This document shows positions 41,416 to 49,475 of a stretch of DNA of 53,170 nucleotides, one piece after another. Under the pieces are notes generated by a model that was not told the DNA's origin, did not search any database, and worked only from the letters and a program-made list of their open reading frames with translations. A program made the translations under genes and the position numbers. How positions within the stretch are numbered: the stretch's first letter is position 1; every line of letters starts with the position of its first letter. Source of the DNA: a virus (taxonomy: Duplodnaviria > Caudoviricetes); IMG/VR virus record IMGVR_UViG_3300018429_000006, positions 1 through 53,170 of that record. One strand, 5' to 3'.

Positions 41416-41989
41416 AAGGTAGATACTTCATATGGTCCTCCACCAATGCTTGCATCAACTGTAAAAAAGAGATGTACAAGCCGGGAAACCGGGTAGAAGG
41501 TAAGGTCAGGTATCACGCAAAAGGCCTATGCAGTGGGTGTTACATCAGGAAGCGTCTCGGAACCTCCCCTAGAAGGTATATACACTTCGATGAACACGGT
41601 CAAACTTGCAGTAAGTGTGCTATCTACCAGCCATTTACGTCCTTTACACTGAAGGATAGTCGAACCTTAGTGGGTACTATTCTTGGTGTAGGACATGCCA
41701 AGTAATGTATAAGTTCAGTATCTCTAAAGTTGAGTACGATAAGCTGTTAGAGGATCAGGGTGGGGTTTGTGCCATCTGCCGGTCTCCTTCATCGGAGGAC
41801 GGTAAGGCCCTGTCGGTTGATCATGACCACTCCTGCTGCCCGTCAGGTAAATCATGCGGAACGTGCATCAGAGGTCTTCTCTGCTCATCCTGTAATAAAG
41901 GGATAGGATTTCTTGGGGATGACTCCGAGAGAGTATTTTTAGCATATAATTATTTGAAAGAGAGAAACATTGTCGTCAAAAGTAAGTAA
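41391..41989 (+). pseudogene. Zn-finger + endonuclease VII-like (His-Me) homing endonuclease split by a 1-nt frameshift near 41663
   Basis: ORF1 has CxxC pairs (CINC, CSGC, CSKC). The -1 frame from about 41663 reads NLSGYYSWCRTCQVMYKF into ORF2 (QGGVCAIC...LSVDHDH...IRGLLCSSCNKGIG). Confidence 0.75.
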
Positions 41990-44111
41990 TGAAAGCCCGG
42001 TTGAACTGAACGCAGCGCTGAACCTTTATGGTCCAGACGGAAAGATTCAGTTCGAAAAGGATAAGGAAGCAGCACGTCAGTTCTTCCTTCAGGACGTGAA
42101 TACGTCAACCCAGTTCCACTACAGCCTAGAGGAAAAGCTAAAGTTCCTCTTCGACAACGAATACTACGAGCGCGAGGTCTTTGAGCAGTACGACTTTCAG
42201 GATCTGAAGGATCTCTACAAGCTGGTATATAGCTACAAGCCGCGCTTTGAATCCTACTTCTCCGCGTTCAAGTACGACAAGCAGTACGGTATGAAGTCCT
42301 TCGACGGCAAGACCCGTCTGGAGCGCTTTGAGGACCGTGTTGTCGCCAACGCAGCCCTGCTGGGCCGTGGAAACATCGAGCACGCCCGGAAGATCGCTGT
42401 GGAGATCGTCACAGGCCGTCTTCAGCCTGCTACGCCTACGTTCTCCAACGCGGGTAAGGCACAGCGCGGAGAGTTCGTATCATGCTTCCTGCTCCGTCTG
42501 GAAGACAACATGGAGTCAATTGGTCGCTCGATCAACTCTGCCCTCCAGCTTTCCAAGCGTGGTGGTGGAGTAGCACTGCTTCTGTCCAACATCCGTGAGT
42601 CTGGTGCGCCTATCAAGCACATCGAGAACGCCTCATCCGGTATCATCCCCATCATGAAGATGCTGGAGGATGCTTTCAGCTATGCCAACCAGCTTGGCAC
42701 CCGTCAGGGCGCTGGAGCGGTCTACCTGAACGCACATCACCCGGATATCGCTCTCTTCCTTGACACCAAGCGCGAGAACGCCGACGAGAAGATCCGAATC
42801 AAGACGCTCTCGCTGGGTGTTGTTGTACCGGATATTACGTACGAGCTTGCAAAGAACAATGAAGAGATGTACCTGTTCTCACCATATGATGTGGAACGCG
42901 TATATGGAAAGCCTTTCGGTGATATTTCTGTGACGGAAAAGTATCGTGAAATGGTTGCGGACGCCCGGATCAAGAAGTACAAGTTCGAGGGTGGCGCTCG
43001 CGGGTTCCTCCAGACAACCGCTGAACTGCTGTTCGAATCCGGCTACCCGTACATCCTCTTTGAGGACAACGCAAACCGCGCCCACGCGAACGACAATCTT
43101 GGGCGTATCAACATGTCCAACCTCTGCACCGAGATCCTTCAGGCCAACACTGCATCCACGTTCAACGCTGACCTGTCTTACGACACCATGGGCCGGGACA
43201 TCTCCTGTAACCTTGCGTCGATGAACATTGCAAAGGCTATGGAAGGTGGAGACCTCGCGGGTACCGTTTCTACGGCCATCCGTGCCCTCTCTGCCGTCTC
43301 AGACCTGTCCTCCATTGACTCGGTGCCATCTGTCCGTGAAGGTAACAACCAGAGCCGCGCTATCGGACTTGGCCAGATGAACCTTCACGGTTTCTTCATC
43401 AAGCACGGCTGGAAGTACGGTAGCCCGGAGTCTCTGGACTTCACCAATGCCTACTTCATGACTGTTGCGTACCACGCATACAAGGCATCCATGGAACTCG
43501 CCAAGGAGACCGGAAGCCCGTTTGACGGATTCGAAGGCTCCAAGTATGCTGATCCCGAGCACCTTACGGAGAAGTACAGCCGACCGGAGAACATCGAATT
43601 CGAGTACAAGACACTGGATGTCTTTGAAGACTATGGAATCTACGTTCCGTCCCGGTTCGACTGGATTGAGCTTGCCCAGCAGATTGCTGAGCATGGTCTC
43701 TACAACGCCTACCTTCAGGCAATCCCGCCTACCGGTTCGATCTCCTACGTCAACTACAGCACAAGCTCCATTCACCCGGTAGCTCAGGCTGTGGAGACCC
43801 GCAAGGAGGGTCTGACAGGCCGCGTTTACTTCCCGCAGCCGTACGTGACCAATGAGAATTTCGCTGACGTGGAGGATGCCTATCAGGTTGGTCCGGAACG
43901 CACGATTGCGGTTTACGCAGAAGCAACAAAGCACGTCGATCAGGGACTCTCGCTGACGTTGTTCTTCCCGGACACGGCAACGACCCGCGACATCAACAAG
44001 GCTCAGATTCTGGCTTGGCGCTCTGGAATTAAGACGCTCTACTACAGCCGCGTCCGACAGGGTGACCTCGCCGGAACGGAAATGGACGGCTGCGTTTCTT
44101 GCGCACTATAG
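41970..44111 (+). CDS. nrdE: class Ib ribonucleotide reductase alpha subunit
   Basis: QPATPTF, VSCFLL, KRGGG, MSNLCTE, SCNLAS, IPPTGS, KTLYY and C-terminal CVSC. Confidence 0.96.
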   Translation: MSSKVSNESPVELNAALNLYGPDGKIQFEKDKEAARQFFLQDVNTSTQFHYSLEEKLKFLFDNEYYEREVFEQYDFQDLKDLYKLVYSYKPRFESYFSAFKYDKQYGMKSFDGKTRLERFEDRVVANAALLGRGNIEHARKIAVEIVTGRLQPATPTFSNAGKAQRGEFVSCFLLRLEDNMESIGRSINSALQLSKRGGGVALLLSNIRESGAPIKHIENASSGIIPIMKMLEDAFSYANQLGTRQGAGAVYLNAHHPDIALFLDTKRENADEKIRIKTLSLGVVVPDITYELAKNNEEMYLFSPYDVERVYGKPFGDISVTEKYREMVADARIKKYKFEGGARGFLQTTAELLFESGYPYILFEDNANRAHANDNLGRINMSNLCTEILQANTASTFNADLSYDTMGRDISCNLASMNIAKAMEGGDLAGTVSTAIRALSAVSDLSSIDSVPSVREGNNQSRAIGLGQMNLHGFFIKHGWKYGSPESLDFTNAYFMTVAYHAYKASMELAKETGSPFDGFEGSKYADPEHLTEKYSRPENIEFEYKTLDVFEDYGIYVPSRFDWIELAQQIAEHGLYNAYLQAIPPTGSISYVNYSTSSIHPVAQAVETRKEGLTGRVYFPQPYVTNENFADVEDAYQVGPERTIAVYAEATKHVDQGLSLTLFFPDTATTRDINKAQILAWRSGIKTLYYSRVRQGDLAGTEMDGCVSCAL

Positions 44112-44123
44112 TCTAAAGTACTT

Positions 44124-44158
44124 TGGGCCATCTACGATTTGACTTTGTAGGTGGCCCA
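44124..44158 (+). terminator. stem-loop between nrdE and nrdF
   Basis: TGGGCCATCTACGA-TTTGACT-TTGTAGGTGGCCCA. Confidence 0.55.
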
Positions 44159-44189
44159 TTGTAGTCTTATCACACATAATATCGAGTAA

Positions 44190-45152
<963 letters not shown>

Positions 45153-45223
45153 CCCTTGACACTTTGGTGCCCGGTGGTTACACTCAGCGTGTAAGCACTA
45201 TCACACTAGAGAAGAGAGGAACC

Positions 45224-45586
45224 GTGTTTTGGGAAATAGTATTTGGCGCTATGGCAGCATATACGGCAGGCGGGATACTCTGTCTGAGGACCCTGACAAG
45301 GGATGAATACCGGAGGATGAGGTTGAAGTCTCCGGGCAAGTCCGAGTTGGAGGTCCGTTCTGAGGCCGCAACGCAAGGATGGGGTAACTCCCTGTTCTGG
45401 CCTGTGTTCCTTATGATGCATATCAGTGAGCAGGCCCTCGACAGGGACGCCAAAGTGGATGAGATCGATAAGCGAACTCAACAGATCCTTGGTGAACTTC
45501 GTGATCCTCTTGGCTGGGAGCATCAGTTCCACCAGACGGAGAAGGAAGTCCACGAAAAGAAGTTCCTCTCTGGCGAAGGCAAGTAA
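45224..45586 (+). CDS. membrane protein (120 aa)
   Basis: GAGAGG RBS before GTG 45224. Hydrophobic N-terminus and LFWPVFLMM segment. Confidence 0.65.
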   Translation: MFWEIVFGAMAAYTAGGILCLRTLTRDEYRRMRLKSPGKSELEVRSEAATQGWGNSLFWPVFLMMHISEQALDRDAKVDEIDKRTQQILGELRDPLGWEHQFHQTEKEVHEKKFLSGEGK

Positions 45587-45589
45587 CAG

Positions 45590-45630
45590 AGGTCCAACTG
45601 TCCGGTATTTCCGGATGGTTGGACTTTTCT
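45590..45630 (+). terminator. intrinsic terminator
   Basis: AGGTCCAACTGTCCGG-TATTT-CCGGATGGTTGGACTT followed by TTCT. Confidence 0.7.
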
Positions 45631-45654
45631 GTGTTTGTAGGGTAAGCTGTAAAC

Positions 45655-46002
45655 ATGGAAACGGAAATTGAACTAACCAAGTGCCCCGATTGTCAGGTTG
45701 AACCGGGAAATCGACACCAAGACGGGTGTGATGTTGCTCGCTGCAAGCACACCGGAAAGCAGATGCTATCTTGCTTTTTGGTGGCATTCGATGAGGATGG
45801 TGGTATTGACTTCATCGAGGATACCAGCCATGAGTGCGGACCTGACATCTGGACCGGAGAGTGGCCCGGAGTCAAGGTCTGCCGCGAGAACAACTGGTAT
45901 ACTGCTCCGGAGTCGATCTACGGCTACATGGAAGATCTCAACAGTGTCCCGTCTCGTGCTGTGTGGAACCCTGAGATTGAAGACTGGGAGGCCCGTAAAT
46001 GA
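45655..46002 (+). CDS. Cys/His-rich hypothetical protein (115 aa)
   Basis: CPDC..H..GCDVARC...C...C..W.G.WPG..C. Confidence 0.7.
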   Translation: METEIELTKCPDCQVEPGNRHQDGCDVARCKHTGKQMLSCFLVAFDEDGGIDFIEDTSHECGPDIWTGEWPGVKVCRENNWYTAPESIYGYMEDLNSVPSRAVWNPEIEDWEARK

Positions 46003-46424
46003 AAATCGGAATCGACATTGGACGAGTACTAATGGGCGGCGAGGGAGAGGATACCGTCTTCAACGAGGAGAACTATCTGCTCACTCCGGAGGTTCCCGGA
46101 GCCTACAGAGCCGTAAGCAAGCTCGCTAAGCAGCGGCATGAGCTTCACATCATCTCCAAGTGTGGGGAAGTTGTCGAGGAGCGGTCCATGGATTGGCTGG
46201 ATGCTGAGGGATTCTTCTACCATATCCTCCCGCACCGTGTACACTTTGTCCGGAAACGCCCCTTGAAGGCTCCAATGGCGCAGGCTCTTGAGCTTGACAT
46301 CTTCATCGATGACCGCAAAGACATCATCGATTCTCTGCATGGAGTCGTCAAGTACCCGATCCTGTTCACGTCGTGGGAGCAGACCAACGCGGAACTGGTG
46401 AAGATCTTTGCTTCGAACGGGTGA
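45999..46424 (+). CDS. HAD-superfamily phosphatase/nucleotidase-like protein
   Basis: IGIDIGRVL (motif I variant), IISK, K, FIDD (motif IV). ATGA overlap. Confidence 0.7.
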   Translation: MKIGIDIGRVLMGGEGEDTVFNEENYLLTPEVPGAYRAVSKLAKQRHELHIISKCGEVVEERSMDWLDAEGFFYHILPHRVHFVRKRPLKAPMAQALELDIFIDDRKDIIDSLHGVVKYPILFTSWEQTNAELVKIFASNG

Positions 46425-46566
46425 TATAGTCAAGATCGTCTGCCCGAACAAGGGAGACAAGCTCGGTTTGATTTCTGACGTGGTAGATGATAGAATGGTA
46501 CTCATCGGAAAGAACTGGTTCGACCTCCAAGATTGCGAAGTAACTTTGCTTCACAGGGAGAGTTGA
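46408..46566 (+). CDS. small KOW/SH3-like protein (52 aa; below the ORF-track cut-off)
   Basis: TTG start, MLRTGDIVKIVCPNKGDKLGLISDVVDDRMVLIGKNWFDLQDCEVTLLHRES. Fills the gap before the RNA-island promoter. Confidence 0.5.
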   Translation: MLRTGDIVKIVCPNKGDKLGLISDVVDDRMVLIGKNWFDLQDCEVTLLHRES

Positions 46567-46592
46567 CACGGACTCCGAGAACGTGGTATAAT
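46563..46592 (+). promoter_or_regulatory. consensus sigmaA-type promoter driving the RNA island
   Basis: TTGACA-N18-TATAAT with TG extension. Y-like RNA 1 starts 6-7 nt downstream. Confidence 0.85.
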
Positions 46593-46598
46593 AGATGT

Positions 46599-46670
46599 AC
46601 ACGAAGCGCCAGTAAGAGTTACTCCCAAACTATTTATTTGATAAAACACTCTAACTACCATTTCTCGTGT
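46599..46670 (+). ncRNA. Y-like RNA 1 (minimal form, putative Ro-binding module with a short AU-rich loop)
   Basis: ACACGA-AGCGCC-AGTAAGAGT-TACTCC...AAC-ACTCTAACT-ACCATTTC-TCGTGT. Same module as six other copies, at the expected transcription start. Confidence 0.7.
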
Positions 46671-46673
46671 CTT

Positions 46674-46746
46674 AGGTCAGTAGCGTAACGGCTAACGCAA
46701 CGCTCTCCAAAAGCGTAGATTGCAGGTTCGAATCCTGTCTGGCCTG
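46674..46746 (+). tRNA. tRNA-Trp(CCA)
   Basis: Cloverleaf AGGTCAG/CTGGCCT, anticodon loop CT-CCA-AA, GGTTCGAATCC. Confidence 0.9.
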
Positions 46747-46751
46747 CAAGT

Positions 46752-46780
46752 TTGCACAAACTATAAATGTGTGGTAGAAT
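46752..46780 (+). promoter_or_regulatory. promoter upstream of tRNA-Pro, Y-like RNAs 2-4 and Ro60
   Basis: TTGCAC-N17-TAGAAT with TG extension. Confidence 0.65.
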
Positions 46781-46794
46781 AGTAAGAACAATCC

Positions 46795-46868
46795 CGGTGT
46801 GTGGGAAAATTTGGTAATCCGCGTCGTTTGGGGCGATGAGAGTGCAGGTTCAAATCCTGTCACACCGA
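46795..46868 (+). tRNA. tRNA-Pro(TGG)
   Basis: CGGTGTG/CACACCG, loop TT-TGG-GG, GGTTCAAATCC. Confidence 0.9.
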
Positions 46869-46870
46869 CT

Positions 46871-47044
46871 TTGACCGAAGCGATTGAAAAAGATACTTCA
46901 CATGAATGAATATGTCAGTATCGAGTCAGGGGAAACTCTGGCTCCTAGCGTAGGAACCTTCCTACTTGTTTTTCGTTTCACAATGTAGTACCCTTGTAAT
47001 ACCTAAGCAGTACCCAAACTCTTTTTCTGGTATTTCTCGGTCAA
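46871..47044 (+). ncRNA. Y-like RNA 2 (putative Ro-binding module plus a non-tRNA multi-hairpin cargo)
   Basis: TTGACCGA/TCGGTCAA and GAAAAAGA/TCTTTTTC stems, AGCG, TACTTC, AAAC, ATTTC. Cargo hairpins GAGTCAGGG-GAAA-CTCTGGCTC and GTAGGA-ACCT-TCCTAC. Confidence 0.75.
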
Positions 47045-47050
47045 TAATTT

Positions 47051-47147
47051 TTGAAAGAAGTGTAGGACTCCGTTCCTTCGGTTAACGCAGCCCACAAGCT
47101 GCCAGCGGTTCAAACCCGCACATCGGGGTCCGTCTTTCCTCTTTCAA
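47051..47147 (+). ncRNA. Y-like RNA 3 (putative Ro-binding module plus a hairpin and T-arm cargo)
   Basis: TTGAAAGA/TCTTTCAA and GGACTCCG/CGGGGTCC stems, AGTG, TTCCTTC. Cargo GCAGC-CCACAA-GCTGC then GCGG-TTCAAAC-CCGC. Confidence 0.7.
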
Positions 47148-47150
47148 TAT

Positions 47151-47223
47151 GCAGAAGTAACTCAGTTGGTAGAGTGCCTTCCTTCCAAGTAGGATGTCGC
47201 GAGTTCGAGTCTCGTCTTCTGCT
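47151..47223 (+). tRNA. tRNA-Gly(TCC)
   Basis: GCAGAAG/CTTCTGC, loop CT-TCC-AA, AGTTCGAGTCT. Confidence 0.9.
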
Positions 47224-47225
47224 CT

Positions 47226-47294
47226 ATTCTAGATGTGCAGTATCAAGTTACTTCATTTGGCGAAACAACACTTGACACATACGTTCCCTAGGAT
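47226..47294 (+). ncRNA. Y-like RNA 4 (minimal form), directly upstream of Ro60
   Basis: ATTCTAG-ATGTGCA-GTATCAAGT-TACTTC-ATTTGGCGAAAC-AAC-ACTTGACAC-ATACGTTCC-CTAGGAT. Confidence 0.65.
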
Positions 47295-47357
47295 CTCCGC
47301 TTTACCCTGTAATCAGACAACTGTCTGAATCGAAAATGACGAAAGGTATACAAAAAC

Positions 47358-48983
47358 ATGTCCAAGTTCAATACTGCCGCTGCACGATCACGTGCTGGCG
47401 TCGGACCAATCAAGTCCGAATCAACTTCCACTCTCAACACCTTCAACGGTGCTCAGGGCTTTGCCCGCGACTCCAAGTCCGAACTCTTCCTTGCCGCTGT
47501 CTCTGACTTCGGTGGAGAGGCAACCTTCTACGAGTCTGCTGACAACCGCACCAAGCGCATTGCCAAGCTGACCCATGAGGTCGCTGTACAGGACCCTGAG
47601 TGGATCACCAACTTCACCACATGGCTCCGCAACGAAGCCAACCTCCGTACCATCTCTCTGACCATTGCTCTTGAGGGTGCCAAGGCGCTCAACAAGGCTG
47701 GTGTTCCGGGTGGACGTACGCTGGTTGCCGGGTCGATCCGTCGTGCCGATGAGGCCGGTGAGGCTCTGGCCTACTGGATGGGCAACTTCGGTCGCAAGAT
47801 CCCTTCTGCTGTCAAGCGCGGTATCGCTGACGGGGCTGTCAAGTCCTTCAACGAATACTCCCTTGCCAAGTACGACACGTCGTCCCACGGCTTCCGTTTC
47901 GGTGACGTGATCGAACTGACTCACCCATCTCCTAAGGATGCCAAGCAGTCCGAACTCTTCAAGTTTGCCCTTGATCGTCGTCGTGACGCGTCCGCAGAGC
48001 CTTCCGAGTCTCTGACCATGCTTCAGGCTCGTAAGGAATTCCTTGCCCTGTCCCCTGCCGAAAAGCGCAAGCTTGTCGATTCGGGAGATGCTGTCATGGT
48101 TCTCGACAACGCTGGCCTCACGTGGGAAGTTCTCGGTTCCACTATCGAGGGCGGCATGGACGCCAAGGCGTGGGAAGCTGTGATCCCTTCAATGGGGTAT
48201 ATGGCGCTGCTGCGTAACCTCCGCAACTTCGAAGATAAGGGCGTCTCCAAGGTTGTCCTTGCTCAGGTTGCTGAGCGGATCTCCAACCCTGAAGAGGTTG
48301 CCAAGTCCCGCCAGCTTCCGTTCCGCTTCCTGTCGGCCTACAACGCGAACTCCGGTTCGCTGCGTTGGGGATTCCCGCTTGAAGAGGCTCTGAACGCGTC
48401 TCTGGCTAACGTTCCTTCTCTGGATGACACCCTTATCCTCGTGGACCGTTCCGGCTCCATGTTCATGACGCGTTCCAAGAACACGGACCTGACTAGCGCG
48501 GACTCCGCTGCTATCTTCGGTACTGCCTTGGCTCTCCGTGGTAACCGCAACACGCTGGTACAGTTCGGATCTACTTCCTCTGAGATCACTCTCAAGAAGA
48601 CGGACTCCGTTCTGAAGACGCTGGAGAAGTTTAGCGCCCTTGGTGGTACGGCGACGTACGACGCCATTGTGAAGCACTTCAAGCCGGGAGTCCACAAGCG
48701 TGTTGTCCTCGTCACTGACGAACAGGCAAACGGGTTCTACCACCGTCTGAATGGCAGGAACGCGAGCTACTGGGACGGTTACGACCGTGTACAGGGCAAC
48801 GTTCTCGACGCACTCCCTTCAAACGTCCCTACCTACACGTGGAACCTTGAAGGCTACACTGCCGGTCAGGGTGAGTCCAAGCCAAACCGCACGTACCTCG
48901 GCGGACTGTCCGATCAGGCTTTCAAGCTGATCCCTCTCGTAGAAGCGGGCTATGACGCTGGCTGGCCTTGGGAAACCAAGTGA
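47358..48983 (+). CDS. rsr: Ro60/TROVE-domain RNA-binding protein (Rsr orthologue) with a C-terminal vWA domain
   Basis: 541 aa. NTFNGAQGF.RD.KSELFL, TFYE, RADE.GE, KRGIAD, YSLAKY, DVIELTHP, LTWE, MGYMALLRNLRN, SRQLPFRFLSAY, vWA MIDAS LVDRSGSM, GGT, LVTDEQ, GLSD. Confidence 0.93.
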   Translation: MSKFNTAAARSRAGVGPIKSESTSTLNTFNGAQGFARDSKSELFLAAVSDFGGEATFYESADNRTKRIAKLTHEVAVQDPEWITNFTTWLRNEANLRTISLTIALEGAKALNKAGVPGGRTLVAGSIRRADEAGEALAYWMGNFGRKIPSAVKRGIADGAVKSFNEYSLAKYDTSSHGFRFGDVIELTHPSPKDAKQSELFKFALDRRRDASAEPSESLTMLQARKEFLALSPAEKRKLVDSGDAVMVLDNAGLTWEVLGSTIEGGMDAKAWEAVIPSMGYMALLRNLRNFEDKGVSKVVLAQVAERISNPEEVAKSRQLPFRFLSAYNANSGSLRWGFPLEEALNASLANVPSLDDTLILVDRSGSMFMTRSKNTDLTSADSAAIFGTALALRGNRNTLVQFGSTSSEITLKKTDSVLKTLEKFSALGGTATYDAIVKHFKPGVHKRVVLVTDEQANGFYHRLNGRNASYWDGYDRVQGNVLDALPSNVPTYTWNLEGYTAGQGESKPNRTYLGGLSDQAFKLIPLVEAGYDAGWPWETK

Positions 48984-49054
48984 GCATAGCTCTGCTTCTC
49001 TTCGGCTTCTTCCTAGCTTTGCTGGGTTGGGGCAAGCTACCTGAAAACTGGTAG
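48980..49054 (+). CDS. 24-aa hydrophobic peptide coupled to the Ro60 stop codon
   Basis: GTGA overlap. MSIALLLFGFFLALLGWGKLPENW. Confidence 0.45.
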   Translation: MSIALLLFGFFLALLGWGKLPENW

Positions 49055-49060
49055 CCCATG

Positions 49061-49104
49061 CTACACTCCGGAAGTTGACACCAGCTTCCGGAGTGTGGTA
49101 TAAT
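49061..49104 (+). promoter_or_regulatory. consensus promoter (TTGACA 49075-80, TATAAT 49099-104) embedded in a 17-bp inverted repeat
   Basis: CTACACTCCGGAAGTTG-ACAC-CAGCTTCCGGAGTGTGG then TATAAT. Confidence 0.8.
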
Positions 49105-49109
49105 AGAAT

Positions 49110-49235
49110 TACTGAAGCGCTAGAGATGAGTTACTTCCTCATATGAAAAAGTTCTGGGTTCGAGTCCCAGTCACGGTCCTTGGCCGTGGTAGATTAATTG
49201 GCAAATCAAACACTCGTCTCATCCATTTCTCAGTA
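49110..49235 (+). ncRNA. yrlA: Y RNA 5, YrlA-like (circularly permuted tRNA mimic)
   Basis: Base module TACTGA/TCAGTA and GAGATGAGT/ACTCGTCTC. Cargo order is T arm CTGGG-TTCGAGT-CCCAG, closed acceptor stem TCACGGTC-CTT-GGCCGTGG, then D arm TA-GATT-AATTGGCA-AATC. Confidence 0.85.
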
Positions 49236-49238
49236 TAT

Positions 49239-49311
49239 GCTTCCTTAGCTCAGATGGTAGAGCACCTGTCTTGTAAACAGGATGTCGCCGGTTCGACCCC
49301 GGCAGGAAGCT
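49239..49311 (+). tRNA. tRNA-Thr(TGT)
   Basis: GCTTCCT/AGGAAGC, loop CT-TGT-AA. Confidence 0.92.
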
Positions 49312-49315
49312 CGTA

Positions 49316-49467
49316 GTTCAGATGTGATTGACTCCTGTTACTTCTATTGCACAGAAAGTATGTCGGTTCAAGTCCGGCTGCGTCTCTCCTTGCCGTTGGT
49401 GAGGTTCGAGACGTATGATGTAATTGGCTAACACTTATAAACACAGGAATCGCCTAGTTCTCTGGAC
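49316..49467 (+). ncRNA. yrlA: Y RNA 6, YrlA-like with an extended acceptor-stem hairpin
   Basis: GTTCAGA/TCTGGAC and GACTCCTGT/ACAGGAATC stems. T arm GTCGG-TTCAAGT-CCGGC, TGCGTCTC/GAGACGTA capped by CCTTGCC-GTT-GGTGAGG, D-arm-like TGATGTAATTGGCTAACAC. Confidence 0.8.
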
Positions 49468-49475
49468 AACTAATT

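Noticed and set aside
44168-44185. ACACATAATATCGAGT upstream of nrdF as an NrdR box
   Set aside because: Single copy with several mismatches to the palindromic consensus. It is equally explained as a -10 element (CATAAT).
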